From Candidatus Binatia bacterium (GTDB taxonomy: Bacteria; Desulfobacterota; Binatia; Bin18), in NCBI GenBank assembly GCA_963664395.2, contig OY761159.2, forward strand, positions 2,336,001 to 2,400,000: DNA of 64,000 nucleotides. The letters run 5' to 3'. Under the pieces are notes generated by a model that searched no databases, was not told the origin of the DNA, and saw only the letters and a list, made by a program, of their open reading frames with translations. The position numbers and the translations under genes are program-made. How positions within the stretch are numbered: the stretch's first letter is position 1; each line of letters begins with the position of its first letter. Below, one piece after another: positions 1 through 9,163 of this stretch.

Positions 1-1
1 C

Positions 2-628
2 CATTTCGTGATGTCCAACGTGCCTGACTTGGACGACGAAGACAGGATTCTGGAGAGTAAGATCAAGGCGTTCCAGAATCAGCTAGGCTTCAAGCGGGAA
101 CCGATGATCGTACATAGATACAACAGCTTGGCGCTGTTGAACCAAGTGGTTTTCACCAAGGATCGGCCAAGAAGCCGTCTTGCTCAGGAATACCGTGACG
201 TCGTTCAAGAGATCGTCATGCTTAATCCCGCGGACCGAGAGGGAGCATTGAATTACATGAACTCCATCCGAGAAGGAGAATTGGATAATATGGATTTCAT
301 CAGGCGAACACGCCGTCGAGGGATGGAGTCTGAACCACCGCAGCAGACCGACAGAAAGCTTCAGCAAATTGAGGATGCACATTCGGACGACGGCGAAGTG
401 CTGGTCAAACTGGGCAGGCTGCGAAGGGCTCTCGGGAAACCGGAGCAGTCGGAATTGTTGTTCGATCGAGCGATTGAGGCTGGTTACGACGCACACGATT
501 TAGAATGGGACCGCATTCTCAATCGTATGCGTCGGGCATGGAACAGCGATGAATCAAGAACCCGACTCAAAACGCTCATGGAGACTTCGACTAAGCAGGA
601 GAAGAATGGGCATAGTAAATCCGATTAG
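2..628 (+). CDS. C-terminal part of a protein that begins upstream of the window; TPR-like helical region, possibly following a ParA/MinD-like ATPase domain
   Basis: The frame is open from the window edge (H-F-V-M-S-N-V-P...). The segment VLVKLGRLRRALGKPEQSELLFDRAIEAG is TPR-like. The ParA-like assignment is an impression from FVMSNVP...HRYNSLAL only. Confidence 0.5.
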   Translation, partial: HFVMSNVPDLDDEDRILESKIKAFQNQLGFKREPMIVHRYNSLALLNQVVFTKDRPRSRLAQEYRDVVQEIVMLNPADREGALNYMNSIREGELDNMDFIRRTRRRGMESEPPQQTDRKLQQIEDAHSDDGEVLVKLGRLRRALGKPEQSELLFDRAIEAGYDAHDLEWDRILNRMRRAWNSDESRTRLKTLMETSTKQEKNGHSKSD

Positions 629-664
629 CGTAAATAGTTGTGTCCCAATAGCTGGATGGTGGAA

Positions 665-3600
665 ATGAGCCTGACGAGTCTTTTGATCGCCAATCGCGGT
701 GAAATCGCTATTCGCATTGCGCGTGCGGCTGCCGAACTCGGCATACGGACCGTTGCCGTTTTCTCTGAAGACGATGCGCAGTCGCTCCATACCCAAAAGA
801 CAGACGACGCGCTGCCGCTCCAAGGCCGGGGCGCCGCGGCCTACCTCGATATCGAGCAGATACTTGCTCTTGCTACACAAGCCGGCTGTGACGCGATTCA
901 TCCCGGATATGGGTTTTTGAGCGAGAATGCGGAGTTCGCCAAGCGCTGTGCCGAGGCTGCCGTGACTTTTGTTGGCCCCCAAGTCGAGACGCTTGCCCTG
1001 TTTGGTGACAAGGGACAGGCACGAATACTTGCTGAAAGATGCGGCGTTCCCGTCCTGCCTGGGACGTCAGGGGCGACGAGCGTGGACGAGGCGAAAGAGT
1101 TCCTGGTATCACTGGGTGCCGGTGGAGCCGTTATGATCAAAGCCCTGGCCGGTGGTGGCGGCCGTGGGATGCGTGCAGTGCAGGCGGTCGATGATATTGA
1201 AGCGGCCTACGCGCGGTGTCAGTCTGAAGCAAACGCAGCGTTTGGGAATGGCGACGTGTATGTTGAGCAACTCATTCCCCGTGCGCGGCATATCGAGGTC
1301 CAGGTCGTTGGTGATGGGTCCGGCGCGGTCAGCCAGCTTGGCGAGCGTGAGTGTAGCATCCAGCGCCGCAACCAGAAGCTGGTGGAAATCGCCCCGTCGC
1401 CTGGGCTGTTGCCTGAACTCAGAGAGCGCTTGAGCAGCGCCGCGGTCCGACTCGCCCGAGAGGTGCACTACGCCAGCCTGGGCACGTTCGAGTTTCTGGT
1501 TAATGCGGAACATGGCGGTGACAACGCGACATTTGCCTTTATTGAAGCCAACGCGCGGCTGCAAGTTGAGCACACCGTCACAGAAGAAGTGACGGGCGTG
1601 GACCTCGTCAAGGCACAATTACGCCTAGCCGGTGGCAGCTCGCTGGCTGACCTTGGACTCACCCAGGCGCGTATTCCCGCGCCGCGGGGCTTTGCCATGC
1701 AGGTTCGTATCAATATGGAGACCATGGCACCCGATGGCACGCCACGCCCGTCAGGCGGGACCTTATCCGCGTTTGAAGTGCCGTCGGGTCCCGGTCTGCG
1801 AACCGATACCTTCGGCTATGTTGGCTACACCACCAGTCCGAGTTTCGATTCCCTGCTGGCCAAATTGATCGGTTCTTCTCCCTCGTCGGATTTTTCCGAT
1901 GTTGTGACCAGGACCTACCGTGCGCTGTGTGAATTCAAGATCGAAGGCGTTGCGACTAACATCCCATTCTTACAGAGCCTCTTACGGCATCCGGCATTCG
2001 TGAATAATCAGATCTATACCCGCTTTGTCGAAGACCATATTGCTGAGCTGGTTCACTCGGATGACCATCAGCGCTTCTTTTTTCATACGGACGCTGCCCA
2101 GTCAGGAACCCCAGCGCTGGCTGGCGTGAAAGTTGACACCGTTGATCCTTTAGCCGTGCTTGAGCATGGCAAGTCTGCGGGCTCGACATCTGCTGTGGCC
2201 ACGGCTCCGGTCGGACAAGCACCAGCCGTCGAGGTGAGCGGTCCTGACGGGACCGTGGCCGTCCCGGCTCCTCTCCAGGGGACTATTGTCAGTCTGGACA
2301 TCAGTGAAGGCGACGAGGTGCACGTCGGCCAGCAACTCCTCATCATGGAATCCATGAAGATGGAGCATGTGATCGCAGCTGAAACGAGCGGCGTTATCCG
2401 CCAACTGACCGTCGGTCAGGGAGACGCGGTTTTTGAAGGCCATCCGCTTGCCTTTATCGAAGAGACCGAGGTGGCGGTGACGGCAGTCGAACAAGCGACC
2501 GAGCTCGACCTCGACTATATCCGCCCGGACCTGGCTGAGATCGTTGAGCGGCATGAACTCGGCATGGACGCCGCCCGGCCCGAGGCGGTTGCACGGCGGC
2601 GGAAGACCGGCCAACGCACCGCACGTGAGAACGTATACGATATCTGTGACCCCGATACCTACGTCGAGTACGGGCCTATGGTCATTGCGGCCCAACGGCA
2701 GCGTCGCGCGCTGGATGACTTGGTGCGACGCACCCCGGCAGACGGCATGATCGCTGGCGTCGGCAGTGTCAACGGCGCTCTGTTTGACGAAAAAGCAGCC
2801 CAGTGCATTGTCATCTCCTACGATTATACCGTGCTGGCCGGGACGCAGGGGTTTAAGAATCACTACAAAAAAGACCGCATGTTTGAGTTGGCCGAGCGCT
2901 GGAAGCTACCGGTTGTCTTCTTTGCCGAAGGCGGTGGTGGTCGTCCGGGCGATACCGACTGGTCAAGTCCATCCGGGCTGGACGTCCCGGCCTTTTACCT
3001 GTGGGGCAAGCTCAGCGGCATGGTTCCCCTGGTCGGCATTACCTCAGGCCGTTGTTTCGCCGGGAACGCGGTGATTCTGGGCTGTTGTGATGTGATTATT
3101 GCGACCGCAGGGTCGAATATCGGCATGGGTGGCCCGGCCATGATCGAGGGCGGCGGCCTGGGGGTCTTCCGGCCGGAAGAGGTCGGGCCGATGGAAGAAC
3201 AGGTGCCGAACGGCGTGGTGGATATCCCGGTCACAGACGAAGCCGAAGCGGTTCAGGTGGCGAAAAAATATCTCTCCTATTTTCAGGGACCGATCGCCGA
3301 GTGGGAATGTGCCGACCAACGCTTGTTGCGTTATATCGTGCCGGAGAATCGCCTGCGCGTGTATGAAGTCCGGGATGTGATCGACACCCTGGCCGACACC
3401 GATTCTGTGCTGGAAATCCGCAAGCACTTTGGTATCGGCATGGTGACGTCCTTTGTGCGGATTGAGGGACGCCCGGTTGGTGTGATTGCCAATAACCCCA
3501 AGCATCTGGGGGGGGCCATTGATTCCGACGCGGCGGACAAAGCCACGCGGTTCATGCAGTTATGTGATGCGTTTGACATTCCCATTCTCATGCTGTGTGA

Positions 3601-4075
3601 CACACCCGGAAATATGGTTGGCCCTGAGCACGAAAAGACCGCTCTGGTGCGTCATTGCTGTCGCATGTTTGTGACCGGTGCCAGCCTGACCGTGCCGTTC
3701 TTCACCATCGTGTTGCGAAAATCGTACGGACTCGGCGCGCAGGGGATGGCCGGCGGGAGTTTCAAAGCCCCGGCTTTTGCGGTTTCCTGGCCAACCGGCG
3801 AGTTTGGTGGCATGGGGCTGGAGGGCGCGGTCAAGCTGGGTTACCGCAAAGAGTTGGAGGCCGAGACCGACCCGCATAAGCGCAAAGACCTCTACGAACA
3901 GCTCGTCGCCAAGATGTATGAAAGCGGCAAAGCGCTCAGCACCGCAACCTATTTCGAGATTGATGACGTGATTGATCCCGCCGAGTCTCGGCGCTGGATT
4001 ATGGCCGCCCTGCGATCCTCGCCCCCGCCCGCCCCGCGGACAGAGAAAAAGCGGCCGTGTATCGATACGTGGTGA
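665..4075 (+). CDS. Single-chain acyl-CoA carboxylase (biotin carboxylase-BCCP-carboxyltransferase fusion)
   Basis: BC motifs LLIANRGEIA, HPGYGFLSEN, GGGGRGMR, RECSIQRRNQK and ARLQVEH. Biotinylation motif ESMKM. CT motifs DYTVLAGTQG and GGGRPGD. ATG at 665 preferred over TTG at 638. Confidence 0.93.
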   Translation: MSLTSLLIANRGEIAIRIARAAAELGIRTVAVFSEDDAQSLHTQKTDDALPLQGRGAAAYLDIEQILALATQAGCDAIHPGYGFLSENAEFAKRCAEAAVTFVGPQVETLALFGDKGQARILAERCGVPVLPGTSGATSVDEAKEFLVSLGAGGAVMIKALAGGGGRGMRAVQAVDDIEAAYARCQSEANAAFGNGDVYVEQLIPRARHIEVQVVGDGSGAVSQLGERECSIQRRNQKLVEIAPSPGLLPELRERLSSAAVRLAREVHYASLGTFEFLVNAEHGGDNATFAFIEANARLQVEHTVTEEVTGVDLVKAQLRLAGGSSLADLGLTQARIPAPRGFAMQVRINMETMAPDGTPRPSGGTLSAFEVPSGPGLRTDTFGYVGYTTSPSFDSLLAKLIGSSPSSDFSDVVTRTYRALCEFKIEGVATNIPFLQSLLRHPAFVNNQIYTRFVEDHIAELVHSDDHQRFFFHTDAAQSGTPALAGVKVDTVDPLAVLEHGKSAGSTSAVATAPVGQAPAVEVSGPDGTVAVPAPLQGTIVSLDISEGDEVHVGQQLLIMESMKMEHVIAAETSGVIRQLTVGQGDAVFEGHPLAFIEETEVAVTAVEQATELDLDYIRPDLAEIVERHELGMDAARPEAVARRRKTGQRTARENVYDICDPDTYVEYGPMVIAAQRQRRALDDLVRRTPADGMIAGVGSVNGALFDEKAAQCIVISYDYTVLAGTQGFKNHYKKDRMFELAERWKLPVVFFAEGGGGRPGDTDWSSPSGLDVPAFYLWGKLSGMVPLVGITSGRCFAGNAVILGCCDVIIATAGSNIGMGGPAMIEGGGLGVFRPEEVGPMEEQVPNGVVDIPVTDEAEAVQVAKKYLSYFQGPIAEWECADQRLLRYIVPENRLRVYEVRDVIDTLADTDSVLEIRKHFGIGMVTSFVRIEGRPVGVIANNPKHLGGAIDSDAADKATRFMQLCDAFDIPILMLCDTPGNMVGPEHEKTALVRHCCRMFVTGASLTVPFFTIVLRKSYGLGAQGMAGGSFKAPAFAVSWPTGEFGGMGLEGAVKLGYRKELEAETDPHKRKDLYEQLVAKMYESGKALSTATYFEIDDVIDPAESRRWIMAALRSSPPPAPRTEKKRPCIDTW

Positions 4076-4092
4076 TGAAAACGCTGTATCCC

Positions 4093-4146
4093 GTTCATCA
4101 GGTTCACCAAGTTCACCAAGTTCACCAAGTTCACCAGGTTCAGCAG
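4093..4146. repeat. Tandem 9-bp repeat (GTTCA(C/T/G)CA(A/G)) x6 between convergent genes
   Basis: gttcatcag gttcaccaa gttcaccaa gttcaccaa gttcaccag gttcagcag, read directly. Confidence 0.9.
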
Positions 4147-4170
4147 GGCAGCGCGCCGGGCTGCCTCAGG

Positions 4171-4953
4171 CTACCGTCCCACAAAATTGCCGGGTCGCCG
4201 CTCAGCCACGGCTTTAATACCCTCTTTATGGTCTTCCGTTTGCTGGAGTCGGTGCTGCTCTCGAAACTCGTGATCCGTCGCCGCCTTGACCGCGGCCGCC
4301 ATGCCGTCCCGCATGGTTGCCCGCACGGACTGTACGGCTAGCGGCGCGTTCTCGGCGATTTCCTGAGCGAGCGCGAGCGCCGCCGAGCGAACATTCTCCT
4401 TTGTAGTCAGGACCTCGCCCAAGCCCCAGCTATAGGCCTCCTCGCCCCCGACCCTCCTGCCGGTTTGAAAGATCAGGCTCGCGCGCGGCGCGCCGATCAG
4501 ACGGGGGAGGGTATAGGTCAGGCCGAAGCCCGGATGAAAGCCGAGTTTGACAAAATTTGCGGCAAAGCGGGTTTCCGGACAGAGCACGCGGAAATCCGGC
4601 ACCAATGCGAGTCCGAAGCCACCCCCAATAGCAGCTCCCTGGATCGCGCCAACAACCGGCTTTTTGCAGGAAAACAGACGCACGGCTTGGGCGTAGAGCG
4701 GATTGCCGGTTTCGACATCGCGCAGATCACGCTCAGCCTGACCACTGTGAAAATTTGCCCCGGCACAAAAATGCTTGCCGTCTGCCGCGAGCAGGATAGC
4801 CCGACAATCCATTTCTTTATCCAGAGCTTCAAACGCCTCAGCCAGGGACTGAACGAGTGCCGTATCAAAGAAATTGTTCGGCGGTCGTTGAATCTCAGCG
4901 GTTGCCACATGATCGGCCAACGTTACTTCAACATCTCCGTAGCGCGTCTCCAT
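4171..4953 (-). CDS. Enoyl-CoA hydratase/isomerase (crotonase) family protein
   Basis: FCAGANF, KPVVGAIQGAAIGGG, LGFHPGFG and C-terminal EGIKAVAERRPGNF. Confidence 0.92.
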   Translation of the reverse strand: METRYGDVEVTLADHVATAEIQRPPNNFFDTALVQSLAEAFEALDKEMDCRAILLAADGKHFCAGANFHSGQAERDLRDVETGNPLYAQAVRLFSCKKPVVGAIQGAAIGGGFGLALVPDFRVLCPETRFAANFVKLGFHPGFGLTYTLPRLIGAPRASLIFQTGRRVGGEEAYSWGLGEVLTTKENVRSAALALAQEIAENAPLAVQSVRATMRDGMAAAVKAATDHEFREQHRLQQTEDHKEGIKAVAERRPGNFVGR

Positions 4954-5146
4954 CAGTGCTCTCCTTTTGCTTTCTCAGTCTGCCCCTCACGGCAGAGCTG
5001 TCTTTGCCCATCGGATATAGCACTATCCGGTCGCTCCCGGTAGCGTTCCCAAACCTAGCTCGGCCTTCTCCTCTCCTCTATACTCCATATCAACAGGGCT
5101 GACCAAGCCGAATCCTCTCTTGCTGAGCTTTATGGAAAGGACACTC

Positions 5147-6058
5147 ATGCCAAGCCAACACATTCTCGGGCCTACGTCACATTATTTCTACTCGCAGCGC
5201 CTCAAGTTGCACTACGTGGATTGGGGTAATCCGGACAAACCTTTGCTCGTCTTGATTCATGGTGGGCGGGACCATTGCCGGAATTGGGACTGGGTCGCTC
5301 AGGCGCTGCGCGAAGACTATCACATCGTTGCCCCGGATTTGCGCGGACATGGCGACTCGGAGTGGGCCCGCGGTAGTGAGTATTCGATGATTGATCATGT
5401 GGTCGATATTGCTCAGCTCCTGGCTCAGCTTGGCTCATTTCCGGTCACTTTGATTGGACATTCTCTCGGCGGTGGCATTGTGCTCCAGTATACCGGCGTA
5501 TACCCCGCCAAGATTGCGAAAGCCATCTCGATTGAGGGCTGGGGCCCTCCACCACATATGCTCAAGGAACAGCCGAAAAGTGCGTTTGAGCGGATGCAGT
5601 ACTGGGTGGATGAAATGCGTGGGTTCGCCGGCCGTCTGCCCAAGCACTATAAGACGCTGGAAGAGGCGGTTGAACGGATGCGTGATGCCAATCCGCATCT
5701 CAGTCCAGAGCAGGCCCATCACCTGACGCTCTATGGCACCAATCTCAACGAGGACGGGACTTATACCTGGAAATTTGACAACTATGTACGCGCCCGGTCG
5801 CCGTACCGATTCAATATGGCGGATGCACAGGATATCTGGGGACGCATTACGTGTCCGCTCCTCTTAATTCGAGGCGGTGAATCGTGGGCAGTTGATCTGG
5901 AGAAAGATGAGGAACGCGCGCAAGCATTTCGCAACCCCTCTCTGGTGACGATCCCCAAGGCCGGTCACTGGGTGCATCACGACCAACTGGAGCATTTCTT
6001 GCGGGTGACCACGGAGTTTTTGCTCCAAAGAGGAAACGTGCCCAGCTTCTCTGTATGA
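5147..6058 (+). CDS. Alpha/beta-fold hydrolase
   Basis: LIHGG, DLRGHGDS, GHSLGG nucleophile elbow and AGHWVHH. AAGGA RBS before ATG 5147. Confidence 0.9.
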   Translation: MPSQHILGPTSHYFYSQRLKLHYVDWGNPDKPLLVLIHGGRDHCRNWDWVAQALREDYHIVAPDLRGHGDSEWARGSEYSMIDHVVDIAQLLAQLGSFPVTLIGHSLGGGIVLQYTGVYPAKIAKAISIEGWGPPPHMLKEQPKSAFERMQYWVDEMRGFAGRLPKHYKTLEEAVERMRDANPHLSPEQAHHLTLYGTNLNEDGTYTWKFDNYVRARSPYRFNMADAQDIWGRITCPLLLIRGGESWAVDLEKDEERAQAFRNPSLVTIPKAGHWVHHDQLEHFLRVTTEFLLQRGNVPSFSV

Positions 6059-6134
6059 CCGGAGGGTAGGTCTCCTCTTTCATCCACATCAGCGGGGTAG
6101 CCGTGCGGCATATTTGTTTCGAGCAGCTGTCCGC

Positions 6135-7223
6135 TCATTCATGTTCACACACGGACGGTGCTGTATAATCCAGCTTCAGCAGCCGAAAATAGTTTTGCCC
6201 CAAGGCAATATTCCGAAAAGCGGTGTCGTTCAAAGAGCGATTGATGCGACTCGTGACGTCTAACTCCTGCTGATACACCTCGAAATCCTTGTCGCCTGAC
6301 GCCACGAAATCGGTGCCGGGCAGAACGCGCTCGGAGTAGGCATTCAGGAACGCAACGTACAGCGCCCGTTTTTCGAGGTCCGAAAAATAATGGTCGTCAA
6401 TGACGCGCCAGGACATATCCAACATCAGCTTGGGATGGCGGTCCAACAGCGACTTCATAATCTGAATGTGCCGCGCCGCGTCCAGGTTGACAAGCTCTCG
6501 GGAGAGCCCGAGATGCATCCAGACGATGGTATTGTCGGGATATAAACTCAGCACCTTTTGTATCCAGGCCAGATATTTGGTGGGTTCGGCGTCGTTGCCC
6601 AGGTCGGAGTGAATCGCAAGCGGGATGTTCCGTTCGCGGAGCACCTGCATGAAGGGGCTCCATCCGTCTATCGCGGCCAGGGGCACGGCCTGACGTCCGT
6701 TTCCGAACAGTGCCTGTTTCACCAGATTGACCTCACCCATCCAGGTGAACAGACCGGGATATTCTTCGTCCAGGAGTTGCATGCCTTGAAGGATGGAGTC
6801 GGGTCGGGACAAGTCGGGGAAGGTCATGGCGAGCGTCAGGTGGACGTGTTCCGACGCCTCCGCAATAAAGCTGGCCGCATTCGCGAAATCGTTTTTCAGC
6901 GTGGGTTTCACAAGCGTGCCGAGACAGTCCAGGTAGTAGGTGCAGGCAGACGTGACCGGCAGCATCTGGCCGATGCCGTAGATATTGGCAAACAGGACGC
7001 CCGCCCGTTCGAGGTAGGAGACCACCTCCGGGAATGGAATGGCGGGACCGCCGAACGGACGGAAGTGCACATGGCTGTCCACGACCGAGGTCTGGGGGCG
7101 GACGGCCCGGTCGTAACATTGGCCGGTATTGCTCTGCAACATGGGCAGGGTGAGCGACGAGGCGCTCCCGGCCAGTCCTGCTATGCAGAACGCGACGAGC
7201 AGTGCACTTGCTATCTTGCACAT
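6135..7223 (-). CDS. Secreted amidohydrolase-superfamily (TIM-barrel metal-dependent) protein
   Basis: N-terminal signal-like segment, DSHVH metal motif, IHSD, WMHLG and GTDF. Confidence 0.75.
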   Translation of the reverse strand: MCKIASALLVAFCIAGLAGSASSLTLPMLQSNTGQCYDRAVRPQTSVVDSHVHFRPFGGPAIPFPEVVSYLERAGVLFANIYGIGQMLPVTSACTYYLDCLGTLVKPTLKNDFANAASFIAEASEHVHLTLAMTFPDLSRPDSILQGMQLLDEEYPGLFTWMGEVNLVKQALFGNGRQAVPLAAIDGWSPFMQVLRERNIPLAIHSDLGNDAEPTKYLAWIQKVLSLYPDNTIVWMHLGLSRELVNLDAARHIQIMKSLLDRHPKLMLDMSWRVIDDHYFSDLEKRALYVAFLNAYSERVLPGTDFVASGDKDFEVYQQELDVTSRINRSLNDTAFRNIALGQNYFRLLKLDYTAPSVCEHE

Positions 7224-7327
7224 GGTGTCCCCTGTTTACGTGCGAGGGGCGTCCGATTGGCGGGCCAACCGTCTTCAACGAGCGATGCCGACTCAGACTA
7301 CGGAGCGGATTCAGGACGCCAGGGTGA

Positions 7328-7381
7328 AAAGAGTAAACGTGCCCTCCAAATCAGACAAGACTGTTGGCACGTTTACTCTTT
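7328..7381. repeat. ~54-bp inverted-repeat element, copy 1 (16-bp terminal IR AAAGAGTAAACGTGCC...GGCACGTTTACTCTTT)
   Basis: Perfect 16-bp IR. Similar copies at 15565, 18134 and 40668. Contains the TAA of the esterase gene. Confidence 0.9.
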
Positions 7382-8032
7382 CGGCGACACAACCTTTTCC
7401 TGGAGCCAGTTCGACAGGTCGGTCAGACTTTGGGCATTGATTTCGTGACCCATATCATACTCCCGGTAGGTCACGGGCGCTTTGACATCACGCAGGATTT
7501 CGACGGACTGACGTGCCCGGCCCACGTCAATCAGTTCGTCCTTACTGCCGTGTTGGACCAGCACGGGCAGTTGCTCGGTTGCCGGCACATCCGGTAATGC
7601 GGTCAGCATATCTTTCGGCAGCCACGAACTGAGAGCCGCTAATCCGGCAAAGCGCTCGGGCTCGCCCAGGGCCAGGCTATAACCCATCACCCCGCCTTGG
7701 CTGAAACCCAGCACACTCAATTTCCTGGGGTCAACAGGGTAGCGCGTAAGTGCTTCGTCGAGAAAGGTCCGCATGGCTTCACGCGCAGAGAGGACCGCCT
7801 GGACATCCAGCGGTCCACCGCTCGTCAGCGGAAACCAGCCGTGGCCGACCATGTTCGGGCCTATGGGGACCTGAAGCGGGCCCTGCGGACAGAGGACGAG
7901 AAACCGGCCTCGACACAGATGAGGAGCTAAGCCCAGGAGGTCGAGCGCATTTGCGCCCCAGCCATGCAGGGCCAGAATAGTCGGATGCGGGCCTGCGCCC
8001 TCGGGCTCAAAAACGGTGTGGATAAGATTCAT
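7373..8032 (-). CDS. Phospholipase/carboxylesterase family hydrolase
   Basis: LHGWG, GFSQGG, HGSKD and MGHEI catalytic motifs. Confidence 0.9.
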   Translation of the reverse strand: MNLIHTVFEPEGAGPHPTILALHGWGANALDLLGLAPHLCRGRFLVLCPQGPLQVPIGPNMVGHGWFPLTSGGPLDVQAVLSAREAMRTFLDEALTRYPVDPRKLSVLGFSQGGVMGYSLALGEPERFAGLAALSSWLPKDMLTALPDVPATEQLPVLVQHGSKDELIDVGRARQSVEILRDVKAPVTYREYDMGHEINAQSLTDLSNWLQEKVVSPKE

Positions 8033-8136
8033 GCGCAGTGGCTCCTCCCAAATGGCAATGGGCCACTGCTATCGGAAAAGCAGTGGAGAGGCAAGAAAAG
8101 CAAGAAGAGAAAGAGCGCTACAGGGCGGGACGTTTC

Positions 8137-9156
8137 TTATTTTTTCGAGACCTGTTTCAGCAGCAGTTCGATGATCTGGTCGGCGCTAATGCCCTCGGCC
8201 TCCGCCTGAAAGTTCAGCAGGCAGCGATGCCGCAGGGCAGACAGCGCAACATCGGTGATGTCCTCAAAGCTGACATGCACCCGCCCGTCAAGCAGGGCGT
8301 TGACCTTTGCCCCTAAGGTGAGGGCCTGAGCCCCACGTGGGCTCGGGCCATAACGGAGATATTGAGTGACCTCAGGCACAGGCGAATTCGGCTTGTTTGG
8401 CGTGGCTGTTTCAATAAGTCGGGCAATATAGAAACTCAGTGGAGGAGCCAGCAGGACTTCGCGCACAAGTTTTTGCATCTCGGCTATGACTGCCGGAGCA
8501 GAATCTTCCGACAGCACCGGATTGATGTTGTACTGGGTCTCTTTTGTGGTGCGCTCAAGAATTTCGACCAACTCATCCGCGCTTGGCGAGTCGATAATCA
8601 GCTTAAGCAGAAAACGGTCCAGTTGCGCTTCGGGGAGCGGGTAGGTCCCCTCAATCTCAACCGGGTTCTGGGTTGCCAGAACAAGAAAAGGTGGAGTGAG
8701 CGTATGCGTCTCACCAAAGACGGTGACTTGCCGCTCCTCCATCGCTTCAAGGACCGCAGACTGGGTCTTGGGCGTGGCACGGTTAATTTCATCTGCCAGG
8801 ACGACATTGGCAAAGATCGGACCGGGTTTGAATTCAAAATAGCGCTTGCCGTCAGCGCCTTCAGACAGGACTTGGGTCCCAACGATATCAGACGGCATGA
8901 GGTCCGGCGTGAACTGAATACGCTTGGCGTTCAGCGCGAGTGTTTGGCTGAGTGACTTGGCCATCAATGTCTTGCCCAGGCCCGGCACACTTTCAATGAG
9001 GACATGCCCGCCGGCAAAAAAGGCGGTTAATATCTTCCGCAAGATATTCCGCTGGCCGACGATCAACTGGCTGATCTCTTCTTCGATGGTCGCAAAGATG
9101 TGCCGAAAGTGTTCAACACGCTGTTCTGAGGATAACGGCGATAACGAAGCTGACAT
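8137..9156 (-). CDS. MoxR-family AAA+ ATPase
   Basis: HVLIESVPGLGKT, RIQFTPDLMPSD, LADEINRA, ATQNPVEIEGTYPLPEAQLDRF and GPSPR. AGGAG RBS before ATG 9156. Confidence 0.93.
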   Translation of the reverse strand: MSASLSPLSSEQRVEHFRHIFATIEEEISQLIVGQRNILRKILTAFFAGGHVLIESVPGLGKTLMAKSLSQTLALNAKRIQFTPDLMPSDIVGTQVLSEGADGKRYFEFKPGPIFANVVLADEINRATPKTQSAVLEAMEERQVTVFGETHTLTPPFLVLATQNPVEIEGTYPLPEAQLDRFLLKLIIDSPSADELVEILERTTKETQYNINPVLSEDSAPAVIAEMQKLVREVLLAPPLSFYIARLIETATPNKPNSPVPEVTQYLRYGPSPRGAQALTLGAKVNALLDGRVHVSFEDITDVALSALRHRCLLNFQAEAEGISADQIIELLLKQVSKK

Positions 9157-9163
9157 GCTGCTC

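Noticed and set aside
4057-4341. ORF with (VHQ)n repeats
   Set aside because: It is a translation of the 9-bp tandem repeat and overlaps the crotonase on the opposite strand.
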